From positions 390,952-454,951 of the forward strand of contig NW_002060973.1 in assembly GCF_000150275.1 (NCBI RefSeq): a stretch of DNA of 64,000 nt, written 5' to 3'. The position numbers were made by a program, and so were the translations under genes. Positions 1-11,429 of this stretch are shown one piece after another. Below the pieces are notes generated by a model that saw nothing but the letters and a program-made list of their open reading frames with translations, was not told the origin of the DNA and ran no database searches. Origin of the DNA: Trichoplax adhaerens (lineage: Eukaryota; Animalia; Placozoa). Within the stretch, counting starts at the first letter, position 1. Every line of letters begins with the position of its first letter.

Positions 1-339
1 AAAACTTTAACTTTCTCTGCCAGTACAAGTTTAATACGAATAATCCAATATAGATTTTTAATATGATCAAATAAGTAAGCGTATGTAATTTAAAATTAGT
101 AAATTCTCTGGATTTAGAAGCTGACATATCCAAAATATTTCATTAAAGACTATCTAAAAGATTAATTTAGTCCTTTAATTTGTAGTAAATTTTTATCAGT
201 AACTCATTATTAATTTTAGGATAGTTATAGCAGGCTTTCTTTACCGGGCCATTAAATTATTTTATTTTAAATCGATAATATATTAATATTTTTTTTCAAT
301 CTCAATTTTATTATCTAATTTTTGTTTCACAAATTCAAG

Positions 340-3300
340 AAATTGTAATGGAAATCAAATCACTTCTATAGCTGGAGCACCGTTTTCTAATTTGAAAAAG
401 CTTGACAAATTGTATGCTTAGTAATTATAGATTCTCTATCCTATCCTAGATACTTAGTATAATTGGATCCATAAGATTACTAAAATTAAAAAAATTTAAT
501 TATTATTCTCCAATTAAAAATTATTTATATTTAGATATTTAAATCAAAATCAGTTAACAGAAGTGGCTCCTGATAGTTTTAATAATTTGATTCATTTGCA
601 TATCCTGAAGTATGTAATCTAGAAGAAACTTTTAACTGGCCTTAAAGGGCACAAAATTGATTAATTTATTGTAAAATGATAAGTTGTGATATATAGCGAT
701 CACAAAATTCCAAATTTTAGAAAAATAAGGGCTTTATTGAATCTTATACAAAGATTAACTACACACAGCTCTACTCTAGCCGAGTACTACTACTAAAGAC
801 TTCTAGAACGAACTAACAGAATAATCTAAAGTTGCATGCTTCTATGCTTTTCGTAGCATTCGCAGCTACAATCCGCATGGCAACCTTTTACCTTATTTTA
901 CACTTAGTAAAATTATTCTTAGTAACACTATTCTACTGCAGACCATCATTAATCCGATATGGATACGACTACAGTATTTACGTAGACGTTATTCACACCA
1001 GCAATAGTATAATGAATTAACCATATCCTAATATATGATTTGCAGTTCTATTTTTACCTGTAACCTTATTAGTAACTCAACACCTTACTGTATATAGTCA
1101 TCTATACTTTAGCATAGAGTCTATACCACTATAGTCTATAGTTATGGCTACCAAATATCTCTTAGGATAAATATCTACCGCACATTATACTAAACATGGC
1201 TAACAGTCTACAATTACAATACTAAGTTACATTACACAAGTACTTAATGGTAACTGCAATCATTTTGTGTATATCTCTCTTTGAAACAGCTCAATAGATC
1301 ATAATAAACTTACCCGTTTATCCTGTCTATCAATCTCCGAAAATATCCATGATTTGTAAGTAATACGATTACAACTTGTTCTTATTTATACCATTCAACT
1401 AAATCAATTAAATTTTTATATTATTTTAAATCAATGCATAATAATTATGGCATTATGACAGAGTTGGTAGTAAAATTAAATCCGGCATTATTTCCAATTT
1501 TTCGATTTCGATTGTAATTGTATTGGCGAAATACTGCTCGCATTTGCGTATATTCCTGTAATCATCCTTTTAAAATGGCTAAAGAATAGCCTTTCTCAAT
1601 ACGATTAGTTAAGCCATTCTACAGAACAAATTTAATTATTGCTACTGTCTTGATAAATTTAACATTTTAATCTATCAGTACAATACTTAGAGTAAAATTC
1701 CAGTCTAGAAGTTCACATGCGTTGTTTCACTAATTAAAATTTGCAAAGACAATTGTGCAATAATTAAATGAAATTAGTTTTAAGACGGGCTATGGAAGAC
1801 TGATTACGAATATTTATACTAACTTTTATGATGCAATTGATTTAAGCATATTCTAACTATATTTATATTACTGGATGTATAATTTAGGAGTTTAAGTCAT
1901 AACAATATATCCTATATCTCACCAAGTTGCAATAAAACATTTGGCAGTTTACTGAAGAGATTGTAAGTCACAATTCATTTATTATCTCTTTTAAATCTAA
2001 AATAGAACTAAGACATATCAAAAACGACTATCTGTTATAGAGGACATATATAAATATGTAATGATCTCAGCTAATTGCAGTAATACGGTATGTGACTGAT
2101 AGAATATGGACTTGCACTGCTTCTACTATGAGACTGTAATAGCACACGTCTATGTACNNNNNNNNNNNNNNNNNNNNNNNNNNNNNNNNNNNNNNNNNNN
2201 NNNNNNNCGAGTAATGAGCAAGTTTTATTTAAGCTATCAAGATTACCTCCAGCGATGTAAGCAATGAAAAAAAATTAAATGATGATCTAATTTTCTCAGC
2301 CTAGTCTAGAACTCTGTCGTATTATTATAATAAAGTATAATCAGAAATTATTTAAAAACTTATTCTTGTTTTCGTACTTGAAAAATAGACTATTGGCAGG
2401 GAATAACATAAGCGCTATTCCGATATCGTTTTTAAAATGGAATATTTATCTTAGAACATTGTAAGTGAATCTTTTGTTAATCGATCTAATAATGACCACT
2501 TAGTATTTAAAAGAGAATTTAAGTATGGCGTAGAATAAATAAGAATTAGTCTTACATTATCCTACCGGAACCGTATCTAAATTTATGAAAAAGTATGATA
2601 AACCATATGAGAGTACTTTATATTAAATGATGCTGTCCATTATAAACTTAACTAGTATAAGTAGAGCACAGCTAGGATATTGCGATTATTATAATAGCAG
2701 ATAAATTTTATTTAACACGAATGTTTAAAATTAGTTAAGAATTCTGTGAAAGTTATTTATTGCAATTAAGCTATACTTGAAGCCTAGTCTTACGACTTTT
2801 CATTGTTTAGGTCCATTAGCAGCAACAAAATGTCACTATCTGCCATTAAACAAACCATGCGTGGCCTTTATATTGACGATGGCTGCATACCGCCATTAGT
2901 CTATAACTACGGAGAATATTACAGATGCCATCATTATTCGCTGTAAGTAAACAATATGTCCGTAATTTTTATAATACAAATAACTTACATATAATTGCGC
3001 AAATCTTCTCGATAGGACTTGACTTCTTTTCAGTATCTAGAATATTCTTACCTCGAATGACTAATCTCATCATTTATTTTTATGCAAAACTGACTTGATC
3101 AGAGACTTGAGCGACTGTGGACTGAATAAAATTCCTTTGGATATTTTTATCCATCTTCATGGCTTTTTAAAAGTCTTGTAAGTCAATTTAAGTGGCAACA
3201 ATTATCATATATAGTTTCTTTAACCTAAAACGTTGAAAGAATCTACGAATAGGACTATAGGTATTTCATTTTTTTATCTGATTTCTTAATTAGCTTCCAT

Positions 3301-6300
3301 TATATCAAATTTAATTTTGATGTATTGATAGTAATATTTCTATTTTCTATTTCATCGTATTACATTTTAATACTTTAATACATTTATAACAAACAAAGCC
3401 TATTAACCATTGAACAGTAAAATTTCTTACAATTAATTCAATTTTGAATACACGAGCTTATAAAAGTAAAAATTTCATATTATCATCCACAGTTAATTTT
3501 AAGACTAATGAGAAATATACGAATGTTTTCATTTACAACTTATGTTCATAGCCTGCTAGTAACTCACAAATTCAATGAGTACTATAATTTTGAAGGATAT
3601 CAACGTTTTGATTTTCTTCAATAATATCCTAAAAATTGTTACGGAAGTTTATTGGCATCGTTTCTTTACTGGATAATTCAATGTGAGATTATCAACTGAA
3701 TCAGTTGAAATACCATTAAACATCCAAAATAGGAATAAGTGTCATTTATCTTCTGCCATGAAATCTGTAACAGGTTGAAGATACCTAAAATGCTAATTTC
3801 CGCCGAAATTAGAGCATCAATTACAGCGCACCCTTATGCTAGTACCTGATATTTCAATAATTATACAGCACTATAATGCTAATGATAGTCTATATTTCAA
3901 ATTTTATTTTAATCTTCCATATTAAAATATTTTCCTTTCCACCTTATTGAGCAACAGAACACTCAATAATAACAACATCGAAAATATGGATGCGTCAGCC
4001 ATATTTCGAGATAGTGATCACAATTTACGAGAACTGTAAGTTCATTTATAAGCTATTCTTTCACTTAGGTATCGTTGACAGGAATGCAACCTTTGCTGAA
4101 GTTAAATTTCTTTTGATGCAGAACATCATTTAAATAAAATATATATTATCATTATTTTATCTATTGCTTCCTAGATAACATCGTAATGACATGCAATAAA
4201 TGCTAAGTATTGACTGAATAGCTATTAAATTCCAATGTAGGCATTTGGCCAATAACAAAATATTGAACTTCACGAATTCTAATAATATACAATTTAATGC
4301 ATTAAAGATACTGTAAGTAGCAAAAGTTTGCTCTATATAAACTTTTAGACTGTGAAAATGAAATAATGATAGTCTGTATTTTTTCGAATTTCGTCAATTA
4401 TTCAGAGACGTCGCTAAAAACCGGCTAACTGATATTTGCGGAAGATCAGATTTATTAGGAATCGCACCCTATGTATTCGATATGTAAGTATTCGTTTCTT
4501 AATGATTTTTAACCAAGTAGCTATAAATATGTTAATTATCTGTGGTTTATACGTAACTACAGATATTTAGATTTCAATCAAATCCGAGTTTTAAAACCAA
4601 GATGTTTTGGAACCCTATTCAAGCTACAGAAACTGTAAGTACTATTATCGCTAAAATTTATGGAGCGAGATAACTACTCACAATTACAGTAGTTTAATAG
4701 CCTCACTGCTACTACGATATAGCTCTTGGCATAAGAGATAATGCCGTACCTCACCATTTCATCATCAGCTACGGCCCATTTGGATACTTTATTTTATGCG
4801 AACCATTACAAATAGATAACTGTTTAAGTGATGCACTGTGTATGAAATAAACTTTGTCGTAATTTAAATTATTCAGTTTACTTAGATTAAATATTGTACT
4901 ATTTCTAATCTCATTCTCTCTAAGATCAATTAAATCGAATCCATTAGTGGCTTTAAAGGAAGTTTCATTTTATGGCTCAGCTACCTTAGGCGCGGTGTAA
5001 GTTAGATGACCATAAACATCTGATTTTGTAGATTTAATCGAAATTTTATTATTGTTAGTTACCGGTACTGATCTAGAAGTACTCGCCAAATTTGTTACCG
5101 AAATCAGTAATATCTCAAAAAATTATCAGTTAAAGCTTCTATATAATAAGTTAAAATTGAAATATTGAAAGAGTTGCATTAATAGTTTGAATAAAATCGT
5201 ACTTCGGTGGATTAACACGAATTAAACGTCGCTTCTGCGGCGATGCATGAAAAGATCTCAAATTGAGTAAACTTTACCCTTTCATATAACTATCCTAAAG
5301 CTAATTTCTTACAGATATGATTGTTACAATTAAATATTATAGTACTTCAAGAACATTTGTAATCAATGTTAATATTAACTATTCATTTTGTAATTTCTTA
5401 TTTCATTTGGACGATTAAATATCGGCATGTTAGAGATTCTACTCGCGCATATTTATGCTGCATTGTTCCTGCAAAGATTACTACCTGCTCGCCATCTCCT
5501 GATTTAGATTCTGCTTCAAGTTGTGAAAATATTCTTGCTCATACGACTTTACAATTAGCTGTTTGGATTATGGCTATCGCTGCGTTCATTGGAAATATAA
5601 TGGTCATCGCCAATAATCGTTCTGATAAAACTCGCAAAACGAGCAAAGCTACTGAATTAGTCTTCACGAATTTAGCATTGTCTGATTTCTTAATGTCAAT
5701 ATATCTAATTATCATTGGAATCGGCGATTTCGTATATCGTGATCGTTATGCTCACAATACTGAAGAATGGCTTAGAAGTCCTACTTGCGTCATAGCATCA
5801 TTTTTAATATGTACATCAAGTTTAATGTCAGTTCTTATGATGTTGTTTATAGGCATCGATCGTTACACAATTACTTCAGATCCCTTTGCATCATCGGATA
5901 CAAGATATAAAAGGACTAAAATATTACTCGTATTAGGATGGCTACTAGTAGGAGTTTTCGTAGGCATACCAGTTTTTATGAGTATTAACCAACCCGGCGA
6001 CAGGCGTCTATATCAGTTAAGTTCAATTTGCTCTCCAAGTAATTTAAGCGATCGATTCTATGCTAGTTGGACAATTTCATTTGTAGTAATTCAACTTTTA
6101 TGCTGGATTTTAACTTTAGCACTTTATTTAAAATTAGTAACTATAGTAAGTAAAACGCAGCGTTCTGTTCGAAGTAGTGCTCAATCACGCAGTTTTGCCG
6201 TTGCTATTCGGATATCACTGATCATAATAACAGATTTATTGGCTTGGCTACCAGTTTATATTATTTCCGTTATGTCCATCGCACAAGGCACCCTAAATAT

Positions 6301-7135
6301 ATTCATTCTACAATTTGCTGTCATCTTAGCTATTCCACTGAATTCGGCTATTAATCCATATATTTATACGGCTACTGGAACGGCTTGTTTTTATCGCTTA
6401 ACAACAACTAAGAGCAAAAGAAATTCAATGTACTATTCAGCAACACGAAATACTTCTATGAATCAGTTTACAACTAATATCAATAAATCGAAGTTTACTA
6501 GTACTAATCGGCTTTCTAAATATGAGACTGTGATTAACGATATTGATGATCGTATTCCTGAAAAACTAGACGACAGCAATCAAGACCTTAATGAAGTTAC
6601 TAACAATCAAACTGTTCAAGTAGTCAATAAGAAAGAACATAGTTCTCATTCTACACAGCCCATCGTCACTGTAATATATTATGCTCATAATGTAGGCTTC
6701 TTATTAAGTATCCGGCGAAGTAAAAACTGTAGCACAGTTTCGTGCTTAGCTGCTAATGTATTAGCTATCAACGGCGATCTGGACTCTTCTCGTGATACAA
6801 ATTTAAAAAATTGCATCATGATTGATGTTAGTAACTTCTTGCAGATTTATAAACTGGAAAAAATAACTTGGAAAAGTGAAGAAACCGATGCAGCCGTAAT
6901 TAATACCGGTATTATAAATCCTGCATTTGATGGGAATGATGATTGGAATACTAAGTTTGCTAAAAATAGAAAAGATATTTTAGCAATAAGGACTGATATA
7001 AATCATCAAGCATGTGATCGCATTGACGGAGAAGAAGACAGTGTGCAACATAATCAACTAAGTAATGTTCAGTATAGGAACGCAGGAGTACAAGGTAGGT
7101 ATTATCCTCCTTTATTTCTTACTAGAACAAAATAA
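340..7135 (+). CDS. LRR-containing rhodopsin-class GPCR (LGR type C-like 7TM), paralog 1; 5'-truncated by window start, multi-exon
   Basis: Phase 2-2 AG/GT-bounded LRR exons at 340-411, 535-609, 1290-1355, 1888-1962, (gap)2208-2256, 2389-2460, 2811-2942, 3103-3177, 3958-4035, 4241-4312, 4406-4483, 4563-4634, 4925-4996. These match exons 49-61 of gene 2 one-to-one. Terminal exon starts at 5434 (ttag|a gat tct act cgc gca tat tta tgc tgc). Possible extra terminal exon 7176-7228. Confidence 0.9.
685..1236 (+). mobile_element. Solo-LTR-like element, family A, copy 1
   Basis: TGTGAT...ATTACA termini and TSD taagt/caagt. Similar to 10099-10663 along its whole length. Confidence 0.75.
2158..2207. 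other. Assembly gap (50 N), truncates an LRR exon of gene 1
   Basis: Run of 50 n. The following bases encode the 3' half of the exon homologous to 40885-40971. Confidence 0.98.
5434..7135 (+). CDS. Hinge + 7TM + cytoplasmic tail exon of LRR-GPCR paralog 1
   Basis: ORF 5366-7135 (true exon starts at the acceptor at 5434). Shows hinge YLCC..CSPSPDLDSASSCENIL, TM2 NLALSDFLMSIYL, DRY, ECL2 SSICSP, TM6 TDLLAWLP and TM7 NSAINPYIY (NPxxY), all LGR-family 7TM hallmarks. Confidence 0.93.
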
Positions 7136-7656
7136 ATCATTGTTGTAATGGAAGTTATTTTTCATTTATTACCAGATGAACAAGATAGAAGAAGTAAAAA
7201 TTCCATTGTAAGAAGCAATTCTTGGTAGTTCCTAAACAAAAATGATACTACTACTATCAATGGTTGACGTATAATACTTAGGAAAAGTTTTCATTTATTT
7301 AATTATGATATTTACTATTATTCTGCACTCAATATGACTGTAACTCGTACATACTTAGTAATAATATTAGGTTGCCTTTAATGTAATCATATTCTCTTTT
7401 TCATATCATGTTGGGTATTCTTTTCGATTAATTAGATTAATGTTCAATGCAAATTCCCCAAATTTCTTGCCGATAGCATTATCATCAACACTGTTTCCTT
7501 CGGTACCGATGATATTTACTATTCTATAACCTTTCTAATACTATTTCATAATAATAAATATTCATATTTAGCTCTTAATCATTGTAGTGATGCACCTCAT
7601 ATTTGATTTCACCGATAGCTATGTTTAAAGTAGCTTAGAAGAAGGTTGATTATTAA

Positions 7657-8110
7657 TGTAGTGTATTTAGAATATACTGTAACTATATTCTACTCTTAAA
7701 TATAGACATGTTGTATTGCTCTTATATTTAGACATATCTGCAGTCCGCTTACTTCACATTCATATATAGGCTACTGTATTTAGTTATTACAGTACTCGCT
7801 GTTTGCTACAATCATCAAATATGTTGTAACCTGTTATGGTATATGTTGTATCTAAATCTACAATCCTATTCTTTGCATGCGTTCTATCTTTAAGCTATAA
7901 ACGTCGCCCTTTTCCACCTCAGAAATCGTTAGTTTCCTGGTTAGTCTTCGCAGGTTACTCACGACAGCTTGCACGCTGGTCTACCGTAACTACCTCACTG
8001 TACTTACTTAACTACTTAAAATAAAGTATAAGTTTTATACAACTTTTGGTGTACTAAATGTAAATGGCAACTAAATCTCAATCCTCTGAGATATCGAACC
8101 CTACATCACA
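7657..8110 (+). mobile_element. Solo-LTR-like element, family C, copy 1
   Basis: TGTAGT...ATCACA termini and TSD attaa/agtaa. Inverted copy at 26466-26951. Absent from the homologous spacer near 48600. Confidence 0.78.
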
Positions 8111-10098
8111 AGTAATATTATTCATTACAGACTATTGGTAGTATACTCCTATCAAAATACAAGGCCAAGTCTGGGTGAATAGCTATAGAATAATTGTGAA
8201 GATGCTTGACCCTTTACATTCTAGGACATTAATAAATAAGTAAATACATCTTAAGTAAACAGATTCAAACAATGGCAACATTGATTGCTCACATGAAGAT
8301 AAGTGTTGCATTCGTTTATTTTATTCTAATTGTTAGCCATTTTTTTTGTGGTAAATTGATTGATTTTAAACTATATGGGAGATACAAATAAGAGGCTCGT
8401 AATTGGTTCGAGTTCATTGTTAATAATTCAATATTACTTGACTGTTCTATAACCCTGCAGTAATTGTTTTTATATTCTGTCTTAACTTTGACAATTATTT
8501 TGTGATAATTAGGGTTTTAGATAGATCAAGGAGTTGGATATTTTCATTTCAGTAACAGGTTAAGTTCCTTATTATGACCTGCTATTGTTTTGTAATTTTT
8601 ATATGGTAGAATTTTTTTTTTTATTCGATATTTATGGAGCAGTTTAAATTTTTATAGTGTTTTGCATTTTGAATGTAGTTGTGTAAAAATAAGTGTTACA
8701 ATTGCGTTAAAGTTTTAGCGAGCAATATTGAGTACCGTTACACAAATACGAATTTAATTGCCGATATACTTATGAACCATTTACTTTTAGTCACTATATT
8801 TGATAACATTGACCTATAAGTTTGCATAGGTTCCTTTTTACTTTTTTGCTGCGAAATAATATTCGTAGATAAATACTTATCATATTTCGATAGAGATCGT
8901 AAATTGGGTGGGTAATAGTTGATAATAACATTTTTTTGATACTTACATTCTGGTATAGCCAACTGCTTAGGCCTATAATGTTCATTTACCGACACCTAGT
9001 AATTAATACGTATGCAAATTTAACACTAAATGGTATATTTTCAAAGAAAGTTTCAGATCAATTTCGCCTAAGGAGACGAATAGTTTATTGACATCCCACA
9101 ACGAAAGAGGAGATCTTCGGCATTTACTGCTGTATTGCAAGACAGATGTTGGAAGGACTCGCCTGTCAGCAGGCTTGTAATGAGTAATTCCTATTCTGGA
9201 ATTTTAAGGTCCAGCTTATAAATTTAACAGAAACAGATTCTGTTTGTTAATTTTTTGTAATTAATTAATTAATTATCAATTTTTATTTATTTAATTTCCA
9301 ATTGCTTCATAAGAAATCAGCTAGAACTTGGATAAACCAATAGCAAGTGATAATAGTAGGCATTTAAAATTGATTATATATAAACAATCACAAAATATTC
9401 GATAAAAGGATCATTTAAGCAACGAAAATTTGTTTCAGGACTGTTAAGGCCAGGGATAATCAATGTTCTGTAGTGTAATACACTTACATGCCAAGTTCGT
9501 AAATATATTTTGAAAAATATGCTTAGCATTTGTGATACGATATTAAAGTCAAATATGCTTGAAATTTTATTAAATTCAGGGATCACATTTTCTATCAACG
9601 ATATATACTGAGTAATAATGAATAGCTATTTATTATTAAGGTTTGCAATCCATAAAAAGGAATCTGAATTACTAGAATAAAACATTCTCTACTACGGAAT
9701 AAATGCGCGAGCACCGCTTTTAACCTTAAAAATATTATTTACCATGACTCCGTCTGTGGGAGAAGAAGCTACTTTTAGTCTTCTAAGAAGAACTATAGAA
9801 AAATAGCAAAAACAGCCCAGATAATCAAGTTATTCAAATCTCCATCAACAATTCCGTAAAATGTAAACAAAAGACAATCAAATACTCCTTTAAAATATTC
9901 TACGCTGAAACTAAGATTCGTATTAGCATATGAAGAAACAGAACTATGCATGACTGTCATTTACCGCTTTTTATGTGCACAGTGCGATAAACATATGTAC
10001 AATATTTCATTATACCAGCCATCATTGTAATTCCTTTTTTGAGGACGGCGACTATTCTACGTCACATGGCGCTTTAACTCATATTAACTTTGTACTTT

Positions 10099-10663
10099 TG
10101 TGATAAAATCTGATCACGAAAATTCCAAAGTTGTAGAAAATTAGAAGAACTTTATTAGATCTAATACAAAGACTAACCACACACAAATCTACTCTAGCCA
10201 AATATAACTACTGAAAGAATTTTAGAAAGAATAATCAGATAATCAAATGTCTCCTGTTTTTATACTCCCAGTAGCCTGCGCAGCTAGAATCATCATAACA
10301 GCATTCTACCATATTTTACACATATGTAGCTTATTATTAGTCACAATATTTTACAGCGAACCATCAGTAATCCAATATGGAAATGATTGCAGTATTTTCG
10401 TAGATATTATTCCTACCAGTCAAAGTAAAATGAACTAAGCATATCCTGATACATGATTTACAATTCTATTTCTACCTCTAACGTTATTAGTGGCTCAACA
10501 TCTTACTGTATATAAACATCTGTGCTCTAGCATAGAGTTTATCCTTACAGTCTATAATTATGGGCTACTAAATATATCATAAGACAAATATAGAAACCAC
10601 ACTACCGTACTTCAACCTAAACATGGCTAATGGCCTACAATCACAATACTAAGTTACTTTACA
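10099..10663 (+). mobile_element. Solo-LTR-like element, family A, copy 2
   Basis: TGTGAT...TTTACA termini with perfect 5-bp TSD ACTTT. Confidence 0.82.
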
Positions 10664-11429
10664 ACTTTACATAAAATTTATGATAACATGCACATTTTTT
10701 CTATGCTATGAAATTTATTGCATTAAGAGTCACCATTATCTTCAGAAATGAATAATTTCAAGTGTAAAACGTCATAAAAACATATGTTGCCTTATAAATA
10801 TTTATATAGTTTATGAAATTATTACGTACCTGGCTGCGATTCTATAAACCTTGTGGAGTATTTGCAATACGTGGCAGTAAATCAATTATCTTTTGTCAAA
10901 TTATTCTGATAGTAAAGTACAGTATTTTGTTTGAAATTGTTATTTCAATCTGTTATAATAATTATTAATTAGGAATAATATCTATTTTGCGATATCGATA
11001 ACAATTAATTCGAAAGCTGTGCACGTATTGTGTTGACTTAATTTTATTTTTCTGGATCATTAACATCGATTATAAGAACGAGCTATTGTATAGCGTTCTA
11101 TTAGTTTTTCACTACAGCGCCTCTTTGTTTCTCATTTGATTCTTTAATTAGGATTTGAGGTCAAAAATGATACTATAATGATTGAAGTATATCCGCTAGA
11201 TTAAAATTAATTTAATTATGAATAACATTATTATTATCTAGAAATTTCGCAAGATCATGCAAATTCTTTGGCTGATAAATTTCTGCATAATTTATCCTTA
11301 CAAATTTTACAAGTTCTTTCTTATGATAAACTATTGCCTTTTCTTTAATATCCACTTCGCGTTAAAGCAGTTAGTAAACGAACCTGCAATAGATAGCTTT
11401 ACGAACTTATCACGAATAGCTGGTCAATT

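Larger units (their letters stand above)
7490..11429 (+). repeat. Intergenic spacer/upstream region homologous to about 48410-51830 (part of the 40-kb tandem duplication unit)
   Basis: Collinear blocks include gtaccgatgatat, gtgaatagct, cttataaatttaacagaaacaga, aaatactccttta, gactattctacg and aaaacatatg, continuing up to the ATG. Confidence 0.8.

Noticed and set aside
832-1020. Short ORFs 832-1020 and 10247-10438 with similar translations
   Set aside because: Both lie inside family A repeats. The similarity reflects the repeat, and no protein motif is recognisable.
5366-5433. ATG at 5366 (and 45366) as start of a single-exon GPCR
   Set aside because: Acceptors at 5434 and 45230 and the upstream LRR exons show these are terminal exons. 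5366-5433 is intron read-through.
8738-9598. Minus-strand ORFs in the intergenic spacer as a hidden gene
   Set aside because: The homologous spacer (about 49250-50140) does not preserve the frames convincingly, and there are no recognisable domains.
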